Of a stretch of 58,804 nt of DNA, positions 38,101 to 47,158 are shown piece after piece (the first letter of the stretch is position 1; each line of letters opens with the position of its first letter). The DNA is from a virus (lineage: Duplodnaviria; Caudoviricetes): positions 1-58,804 of the IMG/VR virus record IMGVR_UViG_3300033150_000453; one strand, given 5' to 3'. The notes below the pieces were generated by a model that was given only the letters and a program-made list of their open reading frames with translations, had not been told where the DNA came from and searched no databases. The position numbers and the translations under genes are program-made.

Positions 38101-41100
38101 CTGCTCGTGTCAACCGTGAGATTCAAGGCATCATCCAGCGCACTCGAGAGCGCGTGCGTGGTGAGGCTTCCATCCAAGCCATCACCAACAAGGGGGCCCG
38201 AGCCAAGGCCGTCAACGACCGCATCGAAGAGGCCGTGCTCGAGTATCTGCGTGGTTCCAAGTTCTACAAGGACGCATCCGATGTGGGGCGTGAGGCTATG
38301 GAGCTCAACGTAAAGCGGCAGATGGGGCGTCGCATCAAGTCGTCACCCAAGCCGGGCACCATCCTCAACGCACCGAAGGACAAGACGTTTACGGTCAAAG
38401 AGAAGGACGCCCTCCGCCAGAAGATTCGGGACATGGCCCGCAGCTCCGCAAATACGGCAGCAGCTATCGCAGCGGCCCGTCGCGAGCTTGCCAAAGACGT
38501 GGCTAAACTGCGGAAGGCAGGTGCCCTTACATCCGCTCAGGCAGCGGCGCTGGTGTCTCGCATGAGCCGCACCAATCCGCTCAACGAGGCTTCGGTAAGC
38601 TCATTCATTGAGTACGCCGACAACGTATTCAAGGACGCCGACTACGCGGACAAGATGAACCGCGCAAATAAGCTGCGTAAGCGCGCGTGGAGGAACGTAG
38701 AGTCAGGTAAGATTGGCGTTGCCGAGAACATCAAAGAGTCTATCCGCGTCATCACCGGCATCAACGCAGAGGTTATTCCGGAAGGGGCGCTCGAGGACTA
38801 CATGGAGCTCATCGAGATGTTGGGTGAACGCAAGGCTACACTCGACTTGGCCCCGATGGGACAGGTGGAGATGCTAGTCGATGGCATCATCAACGAAATC
38901 AATCAGGAGCTCAACGCCAAGGACGAGTTGCTGGCCGAGTTTGAGAACTTCGAGGACAAGGTATATACCAAGGAGGGCAAGCTGAGCGTGGCCAGAACTA
39001 TTACGGCTATGGTCAAAGCTGGCGTAATAACCGAAGACGAGGCCAAGCTGTTGCGGAAGTATGGCTCCGAGCTCTTTGTTGCCCCGGAGGGTAAGACCGA
39101 GGAGGAGTTGGAAGACGCTCGTCGTGACGAGAAGATGCGACTGCTCACCGCCGTTGAGGCTTTGTCAGCCTTACCTACCAACTTCGGGCTTCGGGAGGAG
39201 AACAACCTCGTGCGGCAGCTTAACCAACTGATTCGTACGGGGGCTGTAGAGAAGCTGGACAATGCCGAGCTGAAGAACCTGCTGCGCGTGGCAAACAATA
39301 TCGAGAACGGCTTTGTGCCGCACATGACAGAGATGTTGGTGGAGAAGCTCGACGGCTTAGTGCGTGCCGACCAAGTGATGCAGTCCATCTACAACGACAA
39401 GTCCGGTCTCGCCCGGTTCTTTGATAGGACTAGGCTCACCTCCTTGACGCGACGCGGGCGACGCAACCCGCAGTACTACATCGACCAAGTGTGGGGTGAC
39501 TTCAAGAGCACGCGTATCTACGACGCCGTATTTGCTCCTTTGGCTAAGGCTTCCGCTCAGTTCCGCTCGGAGTTGCAGGGTATCGAGGCCCGCATGGACA
39601 ACGTGGAGAACGCGCTCATCAAGAGCCTCAGTCGTGACCCGAACAAGATTACTCGTGCTAAGTTCCTGCTCGGAGCATACATGATGCAGAAGGAGTTCGA
39701 GGCCAACGAGGGGCGGACGGGGGTGTATTCCGCCGTCGACCTGCTCGATGCGACCATCGACCAAGCGGACACCCGTGGAAACAAAGTCAAGTATAACCGA
39801 GAGTCTGCTGCGGTGCTACAGTCTATCCGTGATGAGATAGACGGCAAGTCCGCTGCGGAGATAGAGGCGCTGATTCGCAAGCAGAAAGGCGGGGAGCAGA
39901 TGATGGCCGTGGCAGAAGAGATTCGGAAGATTAACGACGAGCTCACGCCGAAAGCCAACTATACGGCGAGCGTGCTGCGTGGCATGCCGTTCCGTCCGTA
40001 TTCACAGTATTTCCACCGCGTTGTGCTGACGCCAGAGCAGGATGCAGGTACCATGTTCTCTTCCGGGAATATGGCTGACGCACTGAACAAAAGGTTCCAA
40101 GCCACGACGAAGGCTAAGAACCTCATCGAGCGTGAAGGAGGTGCCGCTCCGGCAGTGAGCTTCGACCCGTTTGCTTCTGTCAACCGTGGTGCCAAGTTCA
40201 TCCTGACCGACTACCACATGACCAAGCCCGTGCGCACAGCGTATCGGATGCTGAAGAACTTGGAGAATGTCAGGGGTCTCAACCTCAGGCAGGAGGAAAT
40301 GCTTGACCTTATCGACGATAGCGTGCGCCAGCTTGTGAAAGACCAGCTCGTACAAACCGTCAACCAAGACAGTATGGCCTCCAAGATTTTCAATACCGTA
40401 AGGAAGATTGGATACCAGCTCACCCTCGGTCAGGTTGAGCGAGCCTTCTCTGAGTTCGGCTCCAACTTGGGATATGCTCTAACGGTAGACCCCGGCGCGT
40501 TCCGTGAGGGGCAGCGGTATCGAAACATGTATCACAACGAGGGGGCCAACATCCTTCGCAACGTGGGAAGCGTGCAAACGACGAGGCTGTTCCCTGATGG
40601 TGAGGGAACGCAAATCACTTCATCCGCCCTCGACCAGTTCCGTGAGGCCACGTCTCCCGGTCGGGCAGAGATTCGTGGCGGCGCATCCAATGCCTTTGGA
40701 AAGATTTGGGCTAACACCGGCGGAAGCTTGCAGAAGGTGACGGGTAAGTTGGCAGACAAGATGATTACCACGCCGGATAAGGCGGTGTCTCGCCCCTTGT
40801 GGTTTGGTTCTTTCTCACGGTCTTTCGAGGCACAGACAGGTCAGAAACCAGACATGGCGAAGATTGCCGAGAACGATGTCCAATACATGAACCAGTATCG
40901 CGGGGCTATCGAAAACGCTACGCGTGATGCTGACGACACGTCAGTCAAGGCGGGTGCTACGGACAACATCTTCTTGGGCATGCTTGGCGGGACCATCCGA
41001 CCCGACGCCAACATCGGCTCCAATGTCTACGCTTTCATCAATAGCTATATGACACGCTTCCTTGTGTTCGAGTATGTCACCACGCGCACGGCACTCAACG

Positions 41101-41780
41101 CTATGGTGGGCAACGGAATGATTACCCGTGGTCAAGGAGCGGCGCTCTTGGGTGGCGTGGGTGTCCGTATGGTTTCTTACACCCTGATGGCAGGATTGAT
41201 GCGAGACTTCATCGCCTCCATGTACGGTGACGATGAGTGGGAAGAAGAAGACATCGCTGAGCGTCTCAAGAGGTCCATCGCTCAGGGGGCGGCCACGCTA
41301 GTTCTGGGCGGCACTCGTGGTCAACTTGCCCGTGGTGCTGTCGCAATTCCTGTTGAGCTCATCAACCGTGATATGTACGGTGACGAAGAGTACGGCTTTG
41401 GCAAGCGTGTTATGATGCCGCTGTTCGACATCAACGACGAGAAGCAGTGGAAGGGAAAGATGTGGGACGCCTTTACCCGTACGTCTGGTCCGCTCGGCCC
41501 GGCGCTTCGCTTTGCCGAGGGCGCCCTCGGATTCGCTGCCGAAGAGCTTGGCATCAAGAAGAAGAGAAAGGACGCAGCCCGTCAAGAGCAGGAGTACACA
41601 AGGTCCCTTATCAAGGGTCTCGGTGTTGTCGGTCTACTGCCCTTCGCCAACGACATCAACTACCACTACCAGCGGTACATCTACAAAGACATTGACAAGG
41701 AGGATACGGGGCGGAGAACTCGGGAGTCGAGAAGTAGAGAGCGCCGAAGTAGAGAGCGTAGGGCGGGAGAGCGTCGCTAG
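32124..41780 (+). CDS. Giant polyvalent internal virion protein (3218 aa) with FtsK-gamma and HExxH modules
   Basis: Last late gene; DSLFEQAARAVIESG...KIGNNRAGKIIDQLEQAGVVS; TAFHEAFHAIF...EEALSE; long coiled coils. Confidence 0.75.
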   Translation: MNDEQVLKDFIATAQANNYNYDVVMPKFPELEGYDLQVLKDYIATAEANDYNYEVINPKFPELFDDKKKDDTESVSEVGSLEPPVVEEQAERARNLRPTARLNEDGTESTVLMASMEVDGKNVAIPTLFPKDPNNVTSSPEDWMELDAMEAYNTALERGEVFEFETPEEANAFAEGSWKVDTPVEQPRTEADTFFDMALEAVTPELIDRGDEDKVAFELNDLLNQFGFNVETSGFLTDALKVTAKNGQSIDVDLDPFRTSTEVAESDKLRQFLVDNRRESENLLKQEDDYQAAKLKFATEKQIDENVARLNQQANEFQQFAREVDDAALQIQKKHAGLEKYTEEYLRANPEEYDEYKAQYDAYAADMAALEDLDKQLQRRSQELLYADQEINRAAGEYIQTKGEFFRSDIPGLAKRALAEGTSRLARGSVDLMVDIGLPGRAIDYKLGTLDRADEAEDFVLAANEIGLTNIPEDAVENFDAWWDSLPEDLQQDITAKHLDNYAKALKYGGEDAAKMSGVDLEKGLGGDAFDGTMWVFGESEGDLTYDLTKEGWWGGAILGAIESIPAFVGFGKSVVGKALGAGTRLGRLYTQTSDHVDEEFRKDPELRNVSEADKLKLKVPLSLTVAALENVGFRNMVQSRNLMGKALLKIAGKPTERATGRTFREIIQREVNNGVARAGLTLTAGAAAEFETGFAQEGADIAMKKLWNLTSENPEFETPDNVLMAMLNGGAQEAVGSFVLGAPTAVGAYANKSDFSKLSNAELAVFEWMSNPGNRGATKPMIAAHLKNLVNQGKLTGAEAKAALDGYERTSQAMDGIRGVDGMTPEQKKSYLAMELRKQELQRQLDGRAAPFKKAIQQEIDDLGIRQQEIADAVQEQSTEKVPTRDESGARAEVGKEVQDEQEPPVETQEAEEEVERDSLFEQAARAVIESGIADSGALMRKFKIGNNRAGKIIDQLEQAGVVSEFSPEGRKVLMDEGALDNLLAPTEEVAPAEETAPTESAAPELTEEERAEAEALEAQFGAEGTPDVTETTDDGVNVRTREGSKLTKKQQRYVEQANNVLKALQSVIPDVKVVAYQTTEQYREATGRSGSGMYFDKTIHINLAKANSRTAFHEAFHAIFLEQLRNPESNEEAQAKAKALLRTIRKAIPPKSVLANRIDNFLTQYEEQDISEEALSEVFGYIASGYTALGPQVKSRIKAAIKGFIEGIIGRKLGSQWSQGDQAVLDAMRLLAGKVERGEALTEEDVAGIEVSEEAAAKEEAEAELDRGISAIQKLRQDALSAANDVLGPLAEKVTKTDKGRETLRKLVKRIDDKKLASIEKKMRDAKKSKKMSEADKAERIASLQRDAEAEMERLAKEREAVAKEAEEALEKLKPIEEKQEQESKLADIKRRQKEITEQLSKDKREAKRTFEGEELKEYVKGLTEEAEAKRAALRDEIAELRGKKKKVEEEAPVEEAPVEETPTVGTIRTKVGVEAFGKLEAAVRDYLEYMDALDPEQDMTRGQKAASTRRVNKVVNLAFELGLTDAEQAVVQNSVQEKIDAEKRAAEAKEAEQAELTAAAERAKKAAEEPTVEETVEEEPTVEETVDDAEIARLEEELRKAEEDLDFYNRDEPDNTKYPKYKSFKQAKEAINAGKDPRFHSMEDAPSMGAQTANENLDRKYTAEQKTPYITGLETTMVFEDSARDALVSINRTYRATKSRDTAGVGEDLESTVEDLKKQLAEAKKTQAPKATEAQKRAAIEGVSVEDFTKEQQRVERQRKDTLSRQAKRELDGLKGKTDKASKAKRAELKEFMSNLGTMSVDEAQAKRQPKAREQRASEVLGRYKFRPDGSLIGDAKLAAELRGYMKKFGFGVEQFGDRDDRFYIVEDGKRVKPADVIASDEAFIADREAIEAEQREAQAAESLARAEAEDLRTEGLKRYQDEYLDFPEGMIPPSRLSAREQRSDLGDSTEGFSTSAVVKFAKERGFSDKAILAVRPGAEQAIAEYDAKAARVNREIQGIIQRTRERVRGEASIQAITNKGARAKAVNDRIEEAVLEYLRGSKFYKDASDVGREAMELNVKRQMGRRIKSSPKPGTILNAPKDKTFTVKEKDALRQKIRDMARSSANTAAAIAAARRELAKDVAKLRKAGALTSAQAAALVSRMSRTNPLNEASVSSFIEYADNVFKDADYADKMNRANKLRKRAWRNVESGKIGVAENIKESIRVITGINAEVIPEGALEDYMELIEMLGERKATLDLAPMGQVEMLVDGIINEINQELNAKDELLAEFENFEDKVYTKEGKLSVARTITAMVKAGVITEDEAKLLRKYGSELFVAPEGKTEEELEDARRDEKMRLLTAVEALSALPTNFGLREENNLVRQLNQLIRTGAVEKLDNAELKNLLRVANNIENGFVPHMTEMLVEKLDGLVRADQVMQSIYNDKSGLARFFDRTRLTSLTRRGRRNPQYYIDQVWGDFKSTRIYDAVFAPLAKASAQFRSELQGIEARMDNVENALIKSLSRDPNKITRAKFLLGAYMMQKEFEANEGRTGVYSAVDLLDATIDQADTRGNKVKYNRESAAVLQSIRDEIDGKSAAEIEALIRKQKGGEQMMAVAEEIRKINDELTPKANYTASVLRGMPFRPYSQYFHRVVLTPEQDAGTMFSSGNMADALNKRFQATTKAKNLIEREGGAAPAVSFDPFASVNRGAKFILTDYHMTKPVRTAYRMLKNLENVRGLNLRQEEMLDLIDDSVRQLVKDQLVQTVNQDSMASKIFNTVRKIGYQLTLGQVERAFSEFGSNLGYALTVDPGAFREGQRYRNMYHNEGANILRNVGSVQTTRLFPDGEGTQITSSALDQFREATSPGRAEIRGGASNAFGKIWANTGGSLQKVTGKLADKMITTPDKAVSRPLWFGSFSRSFEAQTGQKPDMAKIAENDVQYMNQYRGAIENATRDADDTSVKAGATDNIFLGMLGGTIRPDANIGSNVYAFINSYMTRFLVFEYVTTRTALNAMVGNGMITRGQGAALLGGVGVRMVSYTLMAGLMRDFIASMYGDDEWEEEDIAERLKRSIAQGAATLVLGGTRGQLARGAVAIPVELINRDMYGDEEYGFGKRVMMPLFDINDEKQWKGKMWDAFTRTSGPLGPALRFAEGALGFAAEELGIKKKRKDAARQEQEYTRSLIKGLGVVGLLPFANDINYHYQRYIYKDIDKEDTGRRTRESRSRERRSRERRAGERR

Positions 41781-41923
41781 ATAACCCAGTGGACATCGAC
41801 AGCGCGAATCTCGCAGTCCTCGTTGACGCAGAGCCATGAGACCATGAGACCCTGCTGACCGTCCTCGTCGGAGTCGTGGTCACCAGTCCACATCATGTTC
41901 TTACGGCACTGCGGGCACTTCAT
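41777..41923 (-). CDS. Small Zn-ribbon-like protein (48 aa), not in ORF track
   Basis: MKCPQCRKNMMWTGDHD...WLCVNEDC; ATGA overlap with the upstream gene. Confidence 0.6.
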   Translation of the reverse strand: MKCPQCRKNMMWTGDHDSDEDGQQGLMVSWLCVNEDCEIRAVDVHWVI

Positions 41924-42429
41924 AATCCGTTGTAGAGCCGGTTAATCCGGATTAATACCTCGTCCAACTTGTCACGCTTGGTGCGCCAGCGTACGACGTT
42001 GAAGATTTCCTCGAGGTGGCGGTCCTCCTTGGCTTGATGCTTGTAGGCTTGCAACTCTAGTTGCATCTTGTTGCGCTCGTTGCGTAGCTCGATAAACTTC
42101 TTGCGGAGGTCTCGGCTGGAGTAGTAGTACACCGGCTCCTTGCCTGCGTACTCTTCTCGGCACTTGACGAACCGCTTCAGGAAAATCTTATCCGTCTCCA
42201 TCAAAGCCTCGCCACGGTTCCAGTAGTGCAGTACTGTAGCGTGGTTGCGGTTGAGGAGCTTGCCGATTTCGGAGCAGCCCAGCCCCTGCTCACGGAGCAT
42301 GAGGGAGAAGGCGATGCGGCCATCGACATGCTGCCGCTTGCGGCAACGGGTGTATACGTCGGAATCGAATCCGTTGCGGACAATTTCTGCGAGGCGCTTG
42401 ACCTCGTCGGGGTGTTTGGGTGAAATCAC
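41920..42429 (-). CDS. DnaA C-terminal-like HTH protein with coiled coil
   Basis: RKRQHVDGRIAFSLMLR...SEIGKLLNRNHATVLHY matches the DnaA domain IV/TrpR-like signature. Confidence 0.75.
   Translation of the reverse strand: MISPKHPDEVKRLAEIVRNGFDSDVYTRCRKRQHVDGRIAFSLMLREQGLGCSEIGKLLNRNHATVLHYWNRGEALMETDKIFLKRFVKCREEYAGKEPVYYYSSRDLRKKFIELRNERNKMQLELQAYKHQAKEDRHLEEIFNVVRWRTKRDKLDEVLIRINRLYNGL
41942..41955. promoter_or_regulatory. Palindrome TTAATCCGGATTAA, copy 1
   Basis: Perfect inverted repeat, one of six exact copies. Confidence 0.7.
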
Positions 42430-42737
42430 GATATGACTAATTTATTGTCGACCATCATGTCCAAGTAGTCGTCTACTTCGACAAGACGAAAGTCGAGGAG
42501 GACAGGGACCCAGCCCTCCATGTTGTAGTATTCAAATTCGTAAAAGACCTGTGAGCCCACCCGACCCCCGGCAACCATGGTGTCGTCGTCGGTGTACTCA
42601 AGTTCTTCTATAGCACTGTTTATTTGCCGAAGCACACGAAGCCTGTGGTGGGCAGCCAATTCCATGACGCCGTCCACGAACCCTTCGTCCAACTCGTACG
42701 AAGAGTCAACCTCGATATACTTCGGTCTCAATTCCAT
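42426..42737 (-). CDS. Acidic hypothetical protein
   Basis: ORF in the - strand operon. Confidence 0.55.
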   Translation of the reverse strand: MELRPKYIEVDSSYELDEGFVDGVMELAAHHRLRVLRQINSAIEELEYTDDDTMVAGGRVGSQVFYEFEYYNMEGWVPVLLDFRLVEVDDYLDMMVDNKLVIS

Positions 42738-42945
42738 GTTGCCTCAACTCTTTCATCCGGTACTCCTGTAGCTTAGATACCGTACCCTTCGGTCGCTTGA
42801 CTTCAGAGAAAATAACGCCGCTGTCAGGAGGGATAGCAACGAGGTCAGGGATGCCGTTCTTGTTGGTCTTGATGAGCTTGATGACATAGTAGCCCTGCTC
42901 CTCGAGCTCCTTGATACGGCGTGTCTGAATCTGCTGCTCCGTCAT
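42706..42945 (-). CDS. VRR-NUC domain nuclease
   Basis: EQQIQ...GIPDLVAI...FSEVKRPKG.VSKLQEYR. Confidence 0.85.
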   Translation of the reverse strand: MTEQQIQTRRIKELEEQGYYVIKLIKTNKNGIPDLVAIPPDSGVIFSEVKRPKGTVSKLQEYRMKELRQHGIETEVYRG

Positions 42946-42964
42946 CCCAGATACAAGATAACAT

Positions 42965-43333
42965 CTATACCATTCTCATGAATTCACACAATGGGATAAG
43001 GATGGAGGTGGAGCTGTTCTTGTCACCCATCTTCTTGATGCTTCCCTTCTTCAAGTACTCTCGAGCTATGTCTTTCAGCCTCTCGGTGTCCACCATGATG
43101 AATGTTTTTTTGGCTTCCTCACCATCGAAGATGAAGCACCAGTAGTCAGCTTCGGTAGTGGCGATTCCGGAGGGCTTGCCACGGCTCTCGTACTCCACAG
43201 CAATGTTGCGCGTTCGGCCAATCCAACTGTCAGCCTTGACCTCGATGGTGGCGCCCTCAAGGATGGCGGCCAGATACCGCTCCCCTTTGTGGCCCACCTT
43301 CAGGTCGTGTCTAAAATCGCTGTTGTATTCCAT
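42965..43333 (-). CDS. Putative PD-(D/E)XK-like protein
   Basis: Start MEYNSDFRHDLKVG; IEVKAD...NIAVEYESRGKPSGIATTEADYW. Confidence 0.6.
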   Translation of the reverse strand: MEYNSDFRHDLKVGHKGERYLAAILEGATIEVKADSWIGRTRNIAVEYESRGKPSGIATTEADYWCFIFDGEEAKKTFIMVDTERLKDIAREYLKKGSIKKMGDKNSSTSILIPLCEFMRMV

Positions 43334-44538
43334 TTCTTGAAGTGATTTAACGTGTAGTCTTTCTTCTCGGTCACGGCCTTGTACACCTGCCTCTCGATGC
43401 CCTTCTCGGCGAAGACCCAATAGATGTCGCTCTCGGTCCTGTCCTTGGTCGTCATCCGGTCCCGCGACTGCCAATAGCTGGTCGCAGAGAAGTCGATGTT
43501 GTAGTACACCAACGCAGAGGCTTGCTTCAAAGAGATGCCTTCCCGCCCGCTCACAATTTGTAGGGCTATGCTCTTGTCGCCGTCGTAAAATTCCTGAAGG
43601 TCTGTAGTCAGCTCGTCGCCATACACGTCCTGCAAAGCCTTGAGCTCAGCCTTGAACTTGTAGAAGATGCCAATCTTGTCCCGACAGAACCTGTCGTAGA
43701 TGAACTGCGCCTTGCTGTGGTCGAAGACCATGGCCCTGCCGCTCTCGAACTTAACCGTACCGGAGTACATCTGATGCAGCTTCTGCATGAGCTTGACCGG
43801 AGTGTCGGCCAAGACAACCTCCTCGTTCCCGTCGATGACGCGGTCCTTGCGGAGGCGTTTGCACAGCTCGTACGTGCGGGCCTCCATGGGGACGCGCAAA
43901 ATGTGCTCCCGAAGGTCGCTCTTGAAGCCTGCCTCGCGCTGGCTGAAGCTAATCATATATGGCTGCATGGCCGTCAGGATACTCGGCAAGCCCTTGTTGT
44001 AGAACTTGATAGGAAGGGAGTTAACTACCTGAGTCTTAACGTCTACGTAGTCGTCGCAGAAGCGGTAGAAGTTCCTGTACCCAGCAAACGGATTGCCCTT
44101 GATGCCATATACCTGATGGTACATCTGACTGTACGACTCCGGGGTAGGGGTGCCGGAGAGGAGGATGACCTTGCTTCCCCGCACAAGGTCGCGGACGCCC
44201 TTGGCTCGCTTGCTCGGCTTAGGGAACGCACCCAAGCTGTGGGCCTCGTCCAAGATGACGAGGTCCCAGTTTTTGTGGGGCAGCTTGTGCATGCTCTCGT
44301 AGTTGATGGCGAAGAACTCGTACGAGGGGCACAGCTTCAGGGCGTCTTCCCCCACGCTGCCGAGCGCCTTCTTCTTGGTCAAGAACAAAACACTATGCAC
44401 GCCTAACTCTTCGGCTATGCTCAGGGATGTGAGCGTCTTTCCGGTGCGCACCTCCATAGCGAGGTAGACGAAGCCATGCTGCTCCACGATGCGCTTAGCG
44501 CGGTGGACGATGCGCTTCTGATAGTTTCTCAGTTCCAT
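43300..44538 (-). CDS. SNF2-like superfamily 2 helicase
   Basis: LRNYQ, EVRTGKT, VILDEAH, LSGTP, GREGISL, YWQSRDR. Confidence 0.88.
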   Translation of the reverse strand: MELRNYQKRIVHRAKRIVEQHGFVYLAMEVRTGKTLTSLSIAEELGVHSVLFLTKKKALGSVGEDALKLCPSYEFFAINYESMHKLPHKNWDLVILDEAHSLGAFPKPSKRAKGVRDLVRGSKVILLSGTPTPESYSQMYHQVYGIKGNPFAGYRNFYRFCDDYVDVKTQVVNSLPIKFYNKGLPSILTAMQPYMISFSQREAGFKSDLREHILRVPMEARTYELCKRLRKDRVIDGNEEVVLADTPVKLMQKLHQMYSGTVKFESGRAMVFDHSKAQFIYDRFCRDKIGIFYKFKAELKALQDVYGDELTTDLQEFYDGDKSIALQIVSGREGISLKQASALVYYNIDFSATSYWQSRDRMTTKDRTESDIYWVFAEKGIERQVYKAVTEKKDYTLNHFKKWNTTAILDTT

Positions 44539-46940
44539 TGCAGTTCAGTTTGTTCTTCGGTGGGCTTTCGGATGCGGAGCCAGCGCCCGGCGCTGTCCCG
44601 CCCTTCCTCTGGTGCCAAGCCGTGTTTGTGCATGCAGTACGCCACAAGCCACTTGTAGAACTTGGTGCGCGAAATGCTTTGCTTGGCCTTCGGTGCGTAG
44701 TCAGGATACTCCTGCACGAAGTCGAGGTATACGTCGTGCTTGTACAGCTTGGCGTACGGCTCGAGCGTCTTGTTCTCCTCGCCACCGATGAGGCCGCACC
44801 ACTCGATGAAGTCGTGGCTCGTCTCTGCCGAGAGCTGACGGATACCGAGGTTGATGAACTTGCTTTCGACAAGGCCGGTAGCGAGGTATCCGCGCAGGCA
44901 GGCGACCATATAGTTGTCGAACTTGCACCAATCGTCGTCGTCCCAATCTGCGAAGAAGTGCTTCTTGAATTCGTGGATGGGAGTGAACGCCTTGCTGTAG
45001 TACTGGTGTAGCTCAAGCTCCCACTTCCTCCGCGCGAAGCTGTTGCCCGCACCCTTGATGGCATAGTTGGTCGTGATACCAATCTTGGGGGACTTCTCGA
45101 ACGGAATCTTGATGGCGTCCTTGTTCTTCTTCTCCAACGTCAAACCCTCTGTGACTACGCTGAATAGACGCTCGAAGTCGAAGTTCTTCTTTACGTCATC
45201 GAAGCAAAGTATCTGAGTGTCAGCACTTACGAGCTGATAGGGGAAGCTTCTCTCGAAGGCGAACGCTTTACCGTCTATGACTACCAGCTTTTTCATCTTG
45301 GATAGGGCCGCCATGAAGAGGCCCTTGCCTGTCCCGCCCTCGGGGTTGTCGCTGATGACCTCGTCGTTGAGGATGACCGCAGGGGAATAGCTGAGGTTCT
45401 TGTAGCCGTGGAGCATGTACCCGATGGTACTCTCCATACTCGCCGTACGGCCGTCGTCGCCACCGCAGATGTTGGCGATAAACTTCTGATAGTCGAAGCC
45501 ATCGTAGCTGCACTCGTTGAACGAGCGGTCTATGATGTGGTCGCTCCAAACGTATCCGCCGAGGTCGAGGTAGTCGATGCTCGTGACGGCCTCCGGCGTG
45601 ACGCGCACAGCGCAGTTGCGGTAGTACAGGTACGCCGAGTCACTGGTGTCCTCCATGAAGTACACGTCGATGGTGGCGAGCAGGGTGAGGAACTCCTCAC
45701 GGAAGTAGCGCACCGCATCGGCGAAGAAGTTGTAGATGGTCTTGTCGTCGTGTTCCAAGAGGTGGCCGAGGACGAAGTCCTTTATCTCCTTCTCCGACGT
45801 GTGGTCGATGAGGTTGTTGGTGACGCGCACGAAGACGTAGTTCTTGCTACCCTCCGGGCAGTACTTGTAGAACCCGTTGTCCTCGAGGAATGTCTTGAAG
45901 TCGAGCGGCACAATCTTGATGACGCCCTTCTCGGTCTTGGTCCAGAATGTCTGCTCCTCGTTCTCTCGCTCCACCCGCTCGATGACGGAATCAATTACGT
46001 CGCTCTCCAGCTTGGACTCCTTGAGTTGGGAGCGGACCTCTTTTTTTGACACGCCGCGCTTGAGCTGTGCCTTGATGGAGTTGATGCGGTCAGAGTCCTC
46101 GTAGTATCGGGTGCCGTGGTTCGCGGTATTGCTGTATGCCGAAGCCAGAGTACGCTCAATCTCTTCGGCCTTGAAGTCGGGCTGCTCGAACTGACGGAGG
46201 ATGTGGGAGGCGAGGCTACGGTTCACGCCGAAGTCATTGAACGCCATAGCCAGCTTGTACAGGTTGGCGTTGCGCTCCCCGTCGACCATGCCGTACTTCT
46301 TGGTCCACCACTTCAGGAGTATGTCAACCACCTTATTCTCGTCGGTGATGGGGATGGTGGGGGCATCGCGGATGGCTTCGACCTCTACGTACTCCGCCTC
46401 CTCCACCTTGGTCCAAACCGAGGACTCTTCGTTGATGTAGATGAGCGGGTCAAAGCTCTCGTAGCATACCCGACTGATGTTCTTGCACGTCTTATCGAAG
46501 TGCTCCGAGTTGAAGTGCTTCTCTAGCGCGTTAAAGTAACTCGTATGATTGTCAGGGTCTTGCATGATGCGGACCAAGACCTTGAGGCCATTGCCGGAGG
46601 GAGAGGTGAAGACAGAGAAAACGTACTTGTCTTTGCTAAGCCGCTCGCGCTCAGCCATCATGAGCTTCTTGGTCTTGTATCCGTCGAAGTCGAGGCAGAT
46701 AAAGCCACTGTGCTCCATCAGGTTGGCGTCGCTGCGCTTGTTGAATGTGCCGGAGAAGCATACCGCAGGGAGCCCCTTCTTGAGCTCGTTGCGGGCGGAC
46801 TTGTCTTTCTCCTTGCGGATGCGAGTGACCAATTCTTTGGACGCTCCATCGCGGATTCTACCAAGCACAAAGTCCACGGAGCGGTGGAACGGAGTCTCCG
46901 TTTCCTTGATGTCCTTAAAGATTGTGACGATTCTTGACAT
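44529..46940 (-). CDS. Primase-helicase (BT4734/VirE N-terminal-like, PriCT-like and P-loop domains)
   Basis: SGFICLDFD, FTSPSGNGLKVLV, GERNANLYKLA, GGTGKG, ILCFDD, ITTNY. Confidence 0.85.
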   Translation of the reverse strand: MSRIVTIFKDIKETETPFHRSVDFVLGRIRDGASKELVTRIRKEKDKSARNELKKGLPAVCFSGTFNKRSDANLMEHSGFICLDFDGYKTKKLMMAERERLSKDKYVFSVFTSPSGNGLKVLVRIMQDPDNHTSYFNALEKHFNSEHFDKTCKNISRVCYESFDPLIYINEESSVWTKVEEAEYVEVEAIRDAPTIPITDENKVVDILLKWWTKKYGMVDGERNANLYKLAMAFNDFGVNRSLASHILRQFEQPDFKAEEIERTLASAYSNTANHGTRYYEDSDRINSIKAQLKRGVSKKEVRSQLKESKLESDVIDSVIERVERENEEQTFWTKTEKGVIKIVPLDFKTFLEDNGFYKYCPEGSKNYVFVRVTNNLIDHTSEKEIKDFVLGHLLEHDDKTIYNFFADAVRYFREEFLTLLATIDVYFMEDTSDSAYLYYRNCAVRVTPEAVTSIDYLDLGGYVWSDHIIDRSFNECSYDGFDYQKFIANICGGDDGRTASMESTIGYMLHGYKNLSYSPAVILNDEVISDNPEGGTGKGLFMAALSKMKKLVVIDGKAFAFERSFPYQLVSADTQILCFDDVKKNFDFERLFSVVTEGLTLEKKNKDAIKIPFEKSPKIGITTNYAIKGAGNSFARRKWELELHQYYSKAFTPIHEFKKHFFADWDDDDWCKFDNYMVACLRGYLATGLVESKFINLGIRQLSAETSHDFIEWCGLIGGEENKTLEPYAKLYKHDVYLDFVQEYPDYAPKAKQSISRTKFYKWLVAYCMHKHGLAPEEGRDSAGRWLRIRKPTEEQTELQWN

Positions 46941-47110
46941 GGGTGTGTCGATTTTGGTGCCGGTTTATTGTAGTCAACTACCTGATTATCAGGAGCTGTG
47001 TCGAAAATGTCGATTATTCTTCTCGTATACGTAGGAGAAGAGAAGGAAGTAAAGAAAGTAAAAGAGAGAGTAGGGGCCAACGAAAAACGACATCCGCGTC
47101 ATGAGATGAA
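46941..47110. other. Non-coding region, candidate replication origin
   Basis: Upstream of primase-helicase; TGTCGA x3, palindrome CCTGATTATCAGG, purine tract. Confidence 0.4.
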
Positions 47111-47132
47111 GGAGGGGACCGAAGCCCCCTCC
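47111..47132 (-). terminator. UUCG stem-loop, probable terminator
   Basis: GGAGGGGGC-TTCG-GTCCCCTCC on the - strand; weak U-tract. Confidence 0.6.
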
Positions 47133-47158
47133 CCACTCATCACAATGACCCAATCCAA

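Noticed and set aside
12861-41585. Long antisense ORFs such as 19098..20348 and 30181..31650
   Set aside because: Shadow frames expected from GC-rich codon bias opposite well-supported genes; no recognisable motifs
32124-41780. Virion RNA polymerase as in crAss-like or N4-like phages
   Set aside because: I found no DxDxD/DFDID or T7-type polymerase motifs; a very divergent enzyme cannot be excluded without a profile search
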